From Candidatus Latescibacterota bacterium (GTDB lineage: Bacteria > Latescibacterota > UBA2968 > GCA-2709665), in the NCBI GenBank assembly GCA_965226795.1, contig CBDDDZ010000004.1, positions 448,001-512,000 of the forward strand: 64,000 bases of DNA, given 5' to 3'. Below, piece by piece: positions 19,911 to 29,900 of the stretch. The notes beneath the pieces were generated by a model, which saw nothing but the letters and a program-made list of their open reading frames with translations, ran no database searches and was not told the origin of the DNA. The first letter of the stretch is position 1. The number at the start of each line of letters is the position of its first letter. A program made the translations under genes and the position numbers.

Positions 19911-20249
19911 AGGAAGTAAGATAACGTCTTACACAGTAACTGTCAATACCCGACTTGCGTGGTCTGTCCTGGCAGTCTGATGCGCCATATCGGACAACCG
20001 TGGTTCCGATAACCACACGTATGATCGGTGAATCTACGAATAGATCTGGCTATCGGGCCCTTTGCTCTACCGGGAAGGTGCTTTATTGAAAATATAGCGC
20101 CCCCAATCGTCAACGGAATGGTCCGACAACCGAAAGGTTCGCCCTTTACTTTATTCACTAACCAGGGTATTTTCTCCCCGCGGGAAGTGGGTGACGGGCC
20201 GTGCAATTGATAGTTCGAAGCACGGAATGGCCGGAGAAGGGACGCAGGG

Positions 20250-21335
20250 TTGACGAAGATCCGAAGGATGATTGGACTTTGCGGGTTTGTTCTTGTGAGC
20301 ACGGCGGTACAGACTGAGGCTCAGACCCCGGCTTCAAAGGTGTCGCCCGTGACGGAAAGACACCGCGGAGTCTGTTTCGTGGCCGGGCCGGGCCGTCCCG
20401 TGGAGGAGGCTTTCGACCGCCTGGCTGCGCTGAACGTGAACTGGATTTCTCAGACGCCGTTCGGGTGGCAGCGGGGCATCGACGCCCCGGAGGTGATCCT
20501 GGCGACTTCCGGACGGGTCTGGTGGGGGGAATCGGACGAAGGATTGGTGGAGACGACCCGGCGGGCGCGGCAGCGGGGTCTCCGGACCGTACTGAAGCCT
20601 CACGTCTGGATCCGGGACCGCAGCGATGGGAGGTGGCGCGGCAATATTGATTTTTCGACCCAGACCGAATGGGACCGGTGGTGGGCGAGCTATCGGCGGT
20701 TCATCCTCCATTACGCCGAACTGGCGGAGACAACCGGGATGGAAGCGCTGTGTGTCGGGACGGAACTTCGCAGCACCGTTTTGAACCGACCCGACGCGTG
20801 GCGCAGGCTGATTGCAGACGTACGGGCGGTGTACAGAGGCGAACTGACCTATTCGGCGAACTGGTACCGGGAGTTCGAGGAGGTACCTTTCTGGGACGCG
20901 CTCGACTATATCGGTATCCAGGTCTATTTCCCGCTGGCGGACAGCAACGGCAGCAGCCTGACGCTCGACGATTTAAAGGCGGCGTGGGCGCCACACGTCA
21001 AGCGGATCGAGGCAGTACAGCAGCAGGTGGGAAAGCCGGTGCTATTTACGGAGGTGGGCTACCGGAGTACCGCGGATTCGGCCGTGGAGCCATGGATTTG
21101 GCGGTCGGGGGCGCCGGTGGACCTTGAACTGCAGGCGACCTGTTACGAGGCGATGTTCCGGACTTTCTGGCACCGCCCCTGGTTTGCGGGCACCCACATC
21201 TGGAAGTGGTTCCCCGAGGGAAGCATCCAATTTGGAGGTCGGCGCGCACTGCGGCGCGAACGGGGGTTTACGCCACAGGGAAAGCCGGCGGAAAAGGTGC
21301 TGGCCCGGTGGTACAGGGGGGCCGGGGTTGAGTGA
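20250..21335 (+). CDS. Secreted glycoside hydrolase family 113-like protein
   Basis: LKPH, WRG, GTEL, YSANW, FTEVGYRS and FTPQGKPAE motifs. Confidence 0.85.
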   Translation: MTKIRRMIGLCGFVLVSTAVQTEAQTPASKVSPVTERHRGVCFVAGPGRPVEEAFDRLAALNVNWISQTPFGWQRGIDAPEVILATSGRVWWGESDEGLVETTRRARQRGLRTVLKPHVWIRDRSDGRWRGNIDFSTQTEWDRWWASYRRFILHYAELAETTGMEALCVGTELRSTVLNRPDAWRRLIADVRAVYRGELTYSANWYREFEEVPFWDALDYIGIQVYFPLADSNGSSLTLDDLKAAWAPHVKRIEAVQQQVGKPVLFTEVGYRSTADSAVEPWIWRSGAPVDLELQATCYEAMFRTFWHRPWFAGTHIWKWFPEGSIQFGGRRALRRERGFTPQGKPAEKVLARWYRGAGVE

Positions 21336-21454
21336 AGGCAGTTCTTCCGGCATGTCGGCAAATCTGACGTGAATCGGGAAGTGGAAGCAGAGACAGGCGT
21401 TTTATCCCCGATGGTCGATGCGCTAAAGCGATACCTCGATCAAAAGCTTCAAAA

Positions 21455-21620
21455 GGTGGAGCAGACATTCTTGTCTGCTCACATACATCAAACCCAAACC
21501 TCAGAATCCTGTGTCCGGGCAAGCCACGACTCGCCGCCGTCTCCCCCACTGGAAAAAGGACGGCGCTATCTATTGAATCACCTTTCGCCTTGGATGTGGA
21601 CCGACCGATCCAACCCCACC
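21455..21620. repeat. REP-bounded MITE/REPIN-like element, copy 2 (right end degenerate)
   Basis: ~120 bp highly similar to 765-883; ends in CCCCACC at 21620. Confidence 0.7.
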
Positions 21621-21824
21621 ATCTGATACCTCTACTCTGACGGAAAACGGAATCGGGTTTCTGGCATCCTGTGCCTCCTTTTCCAAAGAGTAAAGGCACC
21701 CACCCAACCGCGTCAGGGCCGCGCACCGTCTGCAGCATTCAAACGCTCAATGCGACAGTGGCCCAACCTACCCGAAACGTGAAGCTACGGCAACACGCCT
21801 GTAGCCGATAGCCGATATCGGAAG

Positions 21825-23441
21825 TTGGCTACTGCCCTCTTGGATAAGGACGCAGTCCTGCGGATGAAAACCCGGCTCGACGCGGCGGGGGTGACCAACC
21901 AGGACGCGGCGTTGCGCCAGGCGTCCGGTGAGGCCTTTTACAACGCTTCGCCCTTCAGGCTCCGCGATCTGACATCCCGCGCCAGACAGCAGCAGTTGAA
22001 GGCCGACTTCGAGGCGTATCTCGACGGGTTCTCGCCAAATGTGCTGGAAGTCCTCGAGAGGTTCAAGTTTCGCAATCAGATTCCTGAGTTGGTGGAGAAC
22101 GATTTGCTCGGGTTTCTTCTTGAGAAATTCCTTGATCCTTCGATCAAACTCAGCCCCAAACCGGTGTTGAACGCTGATGGATCCGTGCGTCTGGAGGCGC
22201 TCGACAACCACGGAATGGGCACTGTGTTCGAAGAACTGATCCGCCGTTTCAACGAGGAAAACAACGAGGAGGCCGGCGAGCACTTCACGCCTCGCGACGT
22301 CGTACAGCTCATGGCGCGGCTGATTTTCATACCGGTTGCCGACGAGGTCAAATCGGGCATATGGGAGTCCCGTTTCATCGTGGAACATGACGACGACCCG
22401 GAACACTCCCTAATTACCCGTTCCAGCGACGGACAGATGATGTTCCTGGCCAATATGCTGAGCAAGATGAAACAGGACACCCCTCTAGGCAGCCGCATCG
22501 CCGAAGTCCACAACGGCAGTTCACTCTTCACCGGAGACGCCGGACAGGGCGAGAGCAACATCCGTCGATGGATCATCGAGAACGATTGGCTCGAGGCTAT
22601 TGTCGCGCTGCCGCTCAACGTGTTCTACAACACGGGCATCGCCACCTACATCTGGGTGTTGACGAACCGCAAACCCGCGCATCGCCGGGGCAAGGTGCAA
22701 CTCATCGACGCAACGCAATGGTCCAAACCGCCACGAAAGAATCTAGGAAACAAGAACTGCGAACTTTCAGACGAGGATGTCGAGCGGATCTGCAATTCCT
22801 TTCTCACCTTCGAGGAGAACGAGCAGTCTAAGATCTTCCCCACCGACGCCTTCGGCTACTGGAAGGTCACGGTTGACCGGCCCTTACGGCTCAGCGTAGA
22901 CCTGTCGCCGGACCCTCGCGAGCGCTTCCGGACCGTCTGTTGCGATGCAAAGGAAGAGTCGCTTGCAGACGTCATCGATCGTGCGGCGGAAGCCGTAGGC
23001 GCAGGTCCTCACCGCAACTTCAACCAGTTCCTGGACGTCGTGGCAATGTACGCCCCTGAGTGCGGCGTTAAACTGACTACCGGACGAAAAAAGCTGCTTC
23101 AGACTGCCCTGGCATCCCGCGAAAAGGCCGCCGAGCCCGTCATAAAGAAAATCCATCGTCCGGGAAACGTCGAACCCGACAGCGAACTTCGCGACACCGA
23201 GCAAGTGCCTCTGCTCGAAGAAGGCGGCATCGAGAGCTTCCTGTGTCGCGAGGTGTTGCCCTACGCATCGGATGCCTGGTACGACCCCGCCAGCGTCAAG
23301 GTCGCATACGAAATCAGCTTCACGCGGTACTTCTACGAGCCGCAACCGATGCGCACACTTGAAGAAATAAGGGCCGACATTCTGGCGCGGGAACGGGAAA
23401 CCGAGGGATTGCTGGGAGAAATTCTCAGCGGGCAGAACTAA
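21825..23441 (+). pseudogene. hsdM: Type I R-M methyltransferase HsdM with N-terminal and internal in-frame deletions
   Basis: GTVFEELIRRF, GEHFTPRD, HNGSSLFTG and FYNTGI are present. The SAM-binding DxACGTGG and catalytic NPPY motifs are absent. Confidence 0.85.
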
Positions 23442-23470
23442 AGGGCTCCGTTGTTGAACGCAGCCCTTTA
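23439..23470 (+). terminator. Hairpin directly after hsdM
   Basis: TAAAGGGCT...AGCCCTTTA perfect 9-bp inverted repeat plus an inner CGTT/AACG stem. Confidence 0.5.
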
Positions 23471-23629
23471 CATGGAAACCCTTGTTTCCCATATTAGACG
23501 CAGACTTTAACAAGGCCGCGGTCATGGGGACACGTTGAACGTAGGCTTTACTATGGGTTCGAGAAACGCGTATATGACGGGGCTGCTTTACCCATCCGAC
23601 ACTTGGTACGATCTGCCGAGCAGCGAACG

Positions 23630-23849
23630 TCGAGTCTTGGAATCTCTCCACGAACGCGCGATGTTTTCGCTCGGCGACGTTCGGGAGTTGACCGGGAGGA
23701 CGTACACGGCAGCCAACAATCTCGTCAACCGATTGTTGGCGATCAGCGGCATCTCACACGAGTTCTCCGGCCAGGCGCGCAAACGCAGATTCATATGCGG
23801 GAGCTACATTAGTCTGTTCCACGAGTCTGGATCGAATGGTGATGGATAA
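23630..23849 (+). pseudogene. Fic-family protein C-terminal HTH remnant
   Basis: RVLESL...ELTGRTYTAANNLV...EFSGQARKRRF...SYISLF resembles Fic protein C-termini. No Fic catalytic motif. Confidence 0.6.
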
Positions 23850-23944
23850 ATCCGTCCTCCAAATGTGTCTCGAGTATGTGGATCCAAAATGTGCAGTTGT
23901 GGAATTATTGACAGAAGTTCGACGAATCGAAAGGGGATTTGCCC

Positions 23945-26044
23945 ATGAAAGCAACTGAGGCCAATCTACTGGCATTTCTCAGGAAATCACCTCAGTTTAA
24001 CATTCCTATATTTCAACGCACTTACTCCTGGACCGAGTCCCAATGTAGCCAGCTATGGGATGACATCTTGCGGGCTGGAGACGACGAGAATATACCTGCA
24101 CATTTCGTCGGATCCATTGTCTATATAGAAAAAGGCCTCTACCAGGTTTCCAGCCAATCGCCGCTATTGGTGATCGATGGACAACAACGCCTCACTACGG
24201 TCACACTAATTATTGAGGCGTTGGCACGACATTTGGAAGATCGCGAGCCGATCAAAGGCTTCTCAGCCAGGAAGCTTCGAAATTACTATTTGCTCAATCA
24301 AGATGAAGACGGCGATCAACGTTACAAATTGCTGCTAACTCAAACTGACGAGCAGACGCTCCTTGCGATAGTTGATCAAATAGAACTGCCCAAGCCCTGC
24401 TCCTTACGCCTCAAAGAGAATTTCCGCTTCTTCGAAACGAAGGTCAAGGACCTCGGCGAAAATGTCGTGCCGCTTTGCAATGGATTAGCGAAGCTCATAC
24501 TTGTAGACATATCGTTAAGCCGCGACCACGACAACCCACAGTTGATATTTGAGAGCATGAATTCGACCGGTCTAGAATTAAGTCAGGCAGATTTGATACG
24601 TAACTTCGTGCTAATGGGCTTGGAACGTACCGAACAGGAGAGACTCTATAAAGAATACTGGCGACCCATGGAACTCGCCTTTGGTCAAGATGCCTACAGC
24701 AGGCATTTTGATGGCTTTATGCGGCACTATTTGACCATCAAGACCGGGGACATCCCCAAGATCGGCAAGGTATACGAAGAGTTCAAATTATTCGCGAGAA
24801 GGCAGGAACACATTGGGATTGATTCACTGCTTGCAGATTTGCATAAGTTCGCTAACTATTACTGTGCGATGGCACTCGGAAACGAGGGTGAGCGGCGTCT
24901 TGCGGACGCCTTCCGCGACCTCCAGCACCTCCGAGTGGACGTTGCCTATCCGCTTCTTTTAGAACTATATGACGATTATTCTAGTTGCGAACTCTCGCTC
25001 GACGACTTCGACGAGGCCGTTCGTTATATAGAAAGCTACGTATTTCGAAGAGCTGTCTGTTCCATCCCAACCAACTCGCTCAACAAAACCTTTGCCACGT
25101 TTGGCCGCTCACTGAAAAAGGATCGATATTTGGAGAGCATGCTTGCACATTTTCAGCAGTTGCCGTCCTACCGACGGTTCCCCAATGACGACGAGTTTTC
25201 GCGTGAAATCAAGGTGCGAAACCTATACAACAATCGAACCAGCTATTGGTTGCGTAGACTTGAGAACTACGACAGGAAGGAACCCGTACCTGTCGACGAA
25301 TACACGGTGGAGCATATCTTGCCTCAGAACGAAAATCTGTCAACGGCATGGCAGGTCGCGATGGGGGACGATTGGCGAAGCGTACAAGAGAATTGGGTGC
25401 ATACGCTTGGGAATCTGACGCTCACAGGCTACAACGCTGAATACAGCGATCGACCATTTGCAGAGAAACGCGACATGAAGGGCGGATTTCGACAAAGCCC
25501 GCTTCGGCTGAATGAGGGCCTAGGCGAGTTGGATACATGGGACGAGGATGCGATCCGTGATCGCGCCGAGCGTCTGGCAAACAAGGCTGTGGAGGTTTGG
25601 AAGGGACCGTCCCTAAAGATCGAAGTTCTTCGAGACTACTCGCCTGACGCTGGCGCGGGAACAAAGAGCTATACCATAGAAGACCATCCCAACCTGCATG
25701 AGGGAAGTTCCACTCGAATTCTCTTCGAGGAATTCAGAAGGGAAGTACTCGCAATTGATCCGTGCGTCTCAGAAGAGTTTTTAAAGCTCTATGTTGCATA
25801 TAAGGCCGAGACAAACTTCGTTGATGTCGTTCCCCAGACCTCACGAATGAGATTGGCCCTGAATATGAAATTCCACGAACTGCATGACCCAAAGGGAATG
25901 GCAAATGACGTGACTAATCTTGGTCGGTGGGGCAACGGTGATGTGGAAACGATGATTTCCAGCATTGACGAACTGCCCTATGTGATGGGCCTCGTGCGTC
26001 AGGCTTTTGAAAGGCAAATGGGCGACGGCGGGACACTGGATTGA
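23945..26044 (+). CDS. GmrSD-like endonuclease (DUF262 + DUF1524) with C-terminal DUF5655-like domain
   Basis: IPIFQRTYSW, IDGQQRLTT, IFESMNSTG, EHILPQ, LGNLTL, then KLYVAYK...GRWGNGD. Confidence 0.92.
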   Translation: MKATEANLLAFLRKSPQFNIPIFQRTYSWTESQCSQLWDDILRAGDDENIPAHFVGSIVYIEKGLYQVSSQSPLLVIDGQQRLTTVTLIIEALARHLEDREPIKGFSARKLRNYYLLNQDEDGDQRYKLLLTQTDEQTLLAIVDQIELPKPCSLRLKENFRFFETKVKDLGENVVPLCNGLAKLILVDISLSRDHDNPQLIFESMNSTGLELSQADLIRNFVLMGLERTEQERLYKEYWRPMELAFGQDAYSRHFDGFMRHYLTIKTGDIPKIGKVYEEFKLFARRQEHIGIDSLLADLHKFANYYCAMALGNEGERRLADAFRDLQHLRVDVAYPLLLELYDDYSSCELSLDDFDEAVRYIESYVFRRAVCSIPTNSLNKTFATFGRSLKKDRYLESMLAHFQQLPSYRRFPNDDEFSREIKVRNLYNNRTSYWLRRLENYDRKEPVPVDEYTVEHILPQNENLSTAWQVAMGDDWRSVQENWVHTLGNLTLTGYNAEYSDRPFAEKRDMKGGFRQSPLRLNEGLGELDTWDEDAIRDRAERLANKAVEVWKGPSLKIEVLRDYSPDAGAGTKSYTIEDHPNLHEGSSTRILFEEFRREVLAIDPCVSEEFLKLYVAYKAETNFVDVVPQTSRMRLALNMKFHELHDPKGMANDVTNLGRWGNGDVETMISSIDELPYVMGLVRQAFERQMGDGGTLD

Positions 26045-26408
26045 CCGCTGATCTCAATCATTACCCTCTCTTCAGACCTTCTCCGGTCACATTGTTTGTG
26101 GGTACACCCCGAGCATCGGGACGTGTGGTAGCTAAGGACGTTCCGCAAGTTGTGACCACGGAAATTGGCAATACACTCGTCGCCGTCGGCACACTCTAAG
26201 GAAACGACATCGGTGTAAACTCTGGGAATTGTAGCGCTAACGCTCACAATCGGCGTATACGTGTCCGCAGAAGAATCGAGCCGTGATCTTGATCTGTCCA
26301 CGCGCAATACAAATTTAGGCATACGGTCGTTAACCGAAGATCGGTAGAATATAGGTTACCCTGGAAGATTAGTGTAGGATTGTCAAATTGACCACAGTGA
26401 GGTCAGCA

Positions 26409-26891
26409 ATGAACCTAAGGAAATGGTTTGCAGATTTTCATTTGGATAAGGTCAAGATAGGGCCAAGCTGGGCTTCGGTCGAAATCACCTTTGAAGAGAG
26501 TGATCGAGATGCTGCTTGGGAGTTATACGTAGAGATGCTAACGAGAATTGTAACTCAGCCGTTGCCATCCGAATCAGGCGACGAAAAAACGGCTTTGGAA
26601 AGTGTGTACGCGCTTTTTGGGATTACGAGAGAAATTCTGCGCCGCCGTGGGCGCGCGACGATGCAGTTCAGCAAGATTGCAATACCTGTTCTTAACCAAA
26701 TCGTACGACCCTTTACCGCAAAGTGGCATAAGGAAAGTATCGCGGGTGCCTTTGCCTGCGAAACGAAACGAAGAGAATTTCGCAAGGAACTGGAAATCCT
26801 GCAGAGTGAATTACGAAACTATAACTCGATGTTGGCGAATATCGCAGAAGTGGAAGATCTTACTGATTTGGAACTGCAAGATCCCGAATAA
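26409..26891 (+). CDS. Conserved hypothetical alpha-helical protein
   Basis: AAWELYVEMLTRI...ALESVYALF...LNQIVRPFTAKWH; first gene of the cassette. Confidence 0.7.
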   Translation: MNLRKWFADFHLDKVKIGPSWASVEITFEESDRDAAWELYVEMLTRIVTQPLPSESGDEKTALESVYALFGITREILRRRGRATMQFSKIAIPVLNQIVRPFTAKWHKESIAGAFACETKRREFRKELEILQSELRNYNSMLANIAEVEDLTDLELQDPE

Positions 26892-26921
26892 CAAAAAACA
26901 TGCTACGAGGGAATCGATATA

Positions 26922-27398
26922 ATGGCCGATGAAACGAAAAACGTCTTTATTAGCCACATCCACGAAGACGATGATGGTCTGGGCAAGCTGAAGAGTCTGT
27001 TGAAGGACAATGGAATGACTATTAGGGACTATTCAATAAACAAAGATAACCCGAACAATGCCCATTCGGAAAGTTACATCAAGTCGGAGATTCTTGCACC
27101 CCGTATACGGCGATCAAGTACGTTGGCCGTTTACGTCTCGCCGGAGACTAAAGATAGTCCCTGGGTAGACTGGGAAGTTGAGTATGCACATAAACATGAC
27201 AAACGCATTGTAGGTGTGTGGGCCCACGGTGAATCCGGTTGCGATGTTCCAGACGCACTGGAGAAATACGCCGACGCTATAGTTGGTTGGACGGGTAATC
27301 GCATCATCGATGCCATAAACGGAAAAATTGATGGTTGGGAAAACCCTGACGGCACAACTAGATCTCCTCGGAATATCGAGCGATATAGTTGTGGATAG
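26922..27398 (+). CDS. TIR domain protein (ThsB/DUF1863/MTH538-like)
   Basis: VFISH, DYS, SPET..SPWVDWEVEYA; the conserved TIR Glu is retained. Confidence 0.88.
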   Translation: MADETKNVFISHIHEDDDGLGKLKSLLKDNGMTIRDYSINKDNPNNAHSESYIKSEILAPRIRRSSTLAVYVSPETKDSPWVDWEVEYAHKHDKRIVGVWAHGESGCDVPDALEKYADAIVGWTGNRIIDAINGKIDGWENPDGTTRSPRNIERYSCG

Positions 27399-28017
27399 AA
27401 TCGAAAGTCCAAGGCTGTTCTCATATGTAGTCGCTCGCGATTACGGATTTGCGCCTAATCCTTTTTTTGGTTTCTGTACTTTAGCCACATGCAAACCCAA
27501 GATTCGACAGACAGCTTCCACAGGGGACTGGATCATAGGAACCGGTAGCAGCAAATACGGGAGACAGGGATTCCTAATTTTCGCCATGCGCGTAACCGAA
27601 ACAATGACATTTAATGAGTATTGGGACGACGACAGGTTTCGGCGGAAAAAACCAAACATGATGGGGAGCATGAAACAAGCTTTCGGCGACAACATCTACT
27701 TTAAGGATGATGTCGGTCGTTGGCACCAGGAGAATTCTCATCATAGCTATGATACCGGATTAAATAACCCTCACAATATTCGAAACGACACAAAAGCGGA
27801 CAGGGTTCTATGCAGTACAGACTACGCATTCTGGGGAGGATCTGGACCTAAAATACCCGAAGAATTCAGGAACTTTCGTGGTAAAGACATTTGTTGTCCG
27901 ATGCAGGGGCATAAATGCCGGTTTCCAGACGATCTAGTTGACCGTTTTGTCGAATGGATAAGGTCTCTAAATCAAAATGGGTATTGTGACGCACCCATAG
28001 AGTGGGGGACAGCATGA
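27391..28017 (+). CDS. Nucleotide modification associated domain 2 (Nmad2) protein
   Basis: YVVARDYGFAPNPF..CTLATCKPKIR..GDWIIG..GDNIY; GTG overlaps the TIR stop by 8 bp. Confidence 0.85.
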   Translation: MDRIESPRLFSYVVARDYGFAPNPFFGFCTLATCKPKIRQTASTGDWIIGTGSSKYGRQGFLIFAMRVTETMTFNEYWDDDRFRRKKPNMMGSMKQAFGDNIYFKDDVGRWHQENSHHSYDTGLNNPHNIRNDTKADRVLCSTDYAFWGGSGPKIPEEFRNFRGKDICCPMQGHKCRFPDDLVDRFVEWIRSLNQNGYCDAPIEWGTA

Positions 28018-29195
28018 CCATCAGACCGTCTGTGTCTACGGTGGACGAACGTGACAAGTCAAAAATAGAGACAACGATGCTTCTATCCGACTATATGCAA
28101 CAGATCGCACCCACCGATAGATTACCTCGAGACAATCTGCAACCGGTCCTAATGGGTCTTTTTGGAGAGGTTGGCAGCATCATGGCAACGGCCAAGAAGG
28201 CTCACAGGGAACAAGAGGCATATGTCGGATTCAAGCAGGCCGTGGAGGAAGAATTCGGCGACGTTTTGTGGTATTTTACGACTTTGTGTCGACGTCTTGG
28301 GACAGGAGTTGACATCATCGTTTCCGAAACGACAGATCGATCTCGATACAGCAAGGTTGTTGCCGCAAGCGATCTTTTGGATGGCCCGGTTTCTCACATT
28401 TCCTCTGTAGGTGAACTGCATGACCTTGACAAGACGCTACTGAATCTCGGAGAAGCTACGGCCGCACTTCTTGGAATCGAGAGAATGGATGAAGGCACGA
28501 GAGATTCGCTGCGCGTGTTCTCGGATTGCTATTTGCAAGCACTTCAAGCTGCCGGTGTGAGCTTTTCCAAGATAGCTCGTTTGAACATCAAGAAAGCTCG
28601 TGAGCGTTTTCTTGATCCCGATCCATCAAAATTACCAACATTCGATAGAAACTATCCCGATGAGGAGCGCCTTCCGGAGCATTTCGAGATCAAAATTATT
28701 CAACGAAAAAACGGACGAAGTTATATGCAGTGGAACGGTGTATTCATTGGCGATCCACTCACCGACAACATTACGTACCCGGACGGCTACCGATTCCATG
28801 ATGTGTTTCATCTTGCTAATGCCGCCATCCTTCACTGGTCTCCTACGTTTCGCGGCCTAATAAAGCGTAAACGCAAGAGCAACAGGAAGGTCGATGAAGC
28901 CCAGGATGGCGGCAGGGCGATCGTCGTTGAAGAAGGACTTAGTGCGTGGATATTTTCGTGCGCCAAAGATCTCGATTTTTTTTGTGATCAGAATACCGTC
29001 TCCTTTGATTTGTTGAAAACCTTGCAGCAGTTCGTTCGGGGATATGAAGTCCAAGAATGTCCGCTCAGACTTTGGGAAATGGCTATCTTGGAGGGCTACA
29101 GAGTATTTAGGCAAGTTCTGAAGAACGATGGCGGGATCGTAATTGGAGATCGTAAATCCCGTACTATAAAGTATCGTCCAATTCGTGGAGATTAG
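28014..29195 (+). CDS. MazG-like NTP pyrophosphohydrolase with MazG_C domain
   Basis: GLFGEVGS...EEFGDVLWY (MazG); DGYRFHDVFH and DEAQDGGRA (MazG_C); ATGA overlap with Nmad2. Confidence 0.88.
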   Translation: MTIRPSVSTVDERDKSKIETTMLLSDYMQQIAPTDRLPRDNLQPVLMGLFGEVGSIMATAKKAHREQEAYVGFKQAVEEEFGDVLWYFTTLCRRLGTGVDIIVSETTDRSRYSKVVAASDLLDGPVSHISSVGELHDLDKTLLNLGEATAALLGIERMDEGTRDSLRVFSDCYLQALQAAGVSFSKIARLNIKKARERFLDPDPSKLPTFDRNYPDEERLPEHFEIKIIQRKNGRSYMQWNGVFIGDPLTDNITYPDGYRFHDVFHLANAAILHWSPTFRGLIKRKRKSNRKVDEAQDGGRAIVVEEGLSAWIFSCAKDLDFFCDQNTVSFDLLKTLQQFVRGYEVQECPLRLWEMAILEGYRVFRQVLKNDGGIVIGDRKSRTIKYRPIRGD

Positions 29196-29198
29196 TCC

Positions 29199-29858
29199 GT
29201 GAAACTGATCCAGTTTTTGGATGCATTGAAGAACTTGAGCTTTGAGAATACATTTAATCCTTACTCAAATCGTTGTGCAGTCCACGATTTGGACGACGCA
29301 CCAGAGCGCCGCCTAAAATTGTTGCATTCTTTGCTTGAAGTGGCAACAGTACGGGAAATAGATTCTATATGGATCGGACGTGATCTTGGCTATCGTGGCG
29401 GTAGGCGAACAGGGCTTGCCTTAACGGACGATGTGCATATAGGCGAATACGCCGCGCGATGGGGATTATCCGTTCAACGGCTAACGAAAGGCGAAATTGC
29501 TGCCGAGCGGACAGCCGCTGCTATCTGGAGCGTACTCTCACAGATTAACCTATCTGTTTTTCTATGGAATGTCTTCCCATTGCACCCGCATGAACCCGGT
29601 AATCCTTTCAGCAATCGATCTCATAACTCTATCGAACGCAGGACAGGGGAAGAGCTACTTTCTCAGCTTATTCTCCTTCTGAAACCGCACCGACTGATTG
29701 CAATCGGCAATGATGCGGCACGAACAGTGCGTCGCTTAAGCGACAACCTGGAGTTCATTCAGGTACGCCATCCCAGCTATGGCGGAAAATCACGGTTCTT
29801 AGCTCAAATGTGCGACGCGTACAATCTGCAATCAGGAATCTTTCAAGGTTCGTTATAA
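29199..29858 (+). CDS. Uracil-DNA glycosylase superfamily protein
   Basis: GRDLGYRGGRRTG, WNVFPLHPH, NR and RHPSYGG motifs. Confidence 0.85.
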   Translation: MKLIQFLDALKNLSFENTFNPYSNRCAVHDLDDAPERRLKLLHSLLEVATVREIDSIWIGRDLGYRGGRRTGLALTDDVHIGEYAARWGLSVQRLTKGEIAAERTAAAIWSVLSQINLSVFLWNVFPLHPHEPGNPFSNRSHNSIERRTGEELLSQLILLLKPHRLIAIGNDAARTVRRLSDNLEFIQVRHPSYGGKSRFLAQMCDAYNLQSGIFQGSL

Positions 29859-29900
29859 TCAACTCCGTTGACTCCTTCTCAGAAGTTGCGAAGAGGAATA

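Noticed and set aside
26922..27398. Canonical Thoeris system
   Set aside because: The TIR is ThsB-like, but no ThsA-type effector is recognisable in the window.
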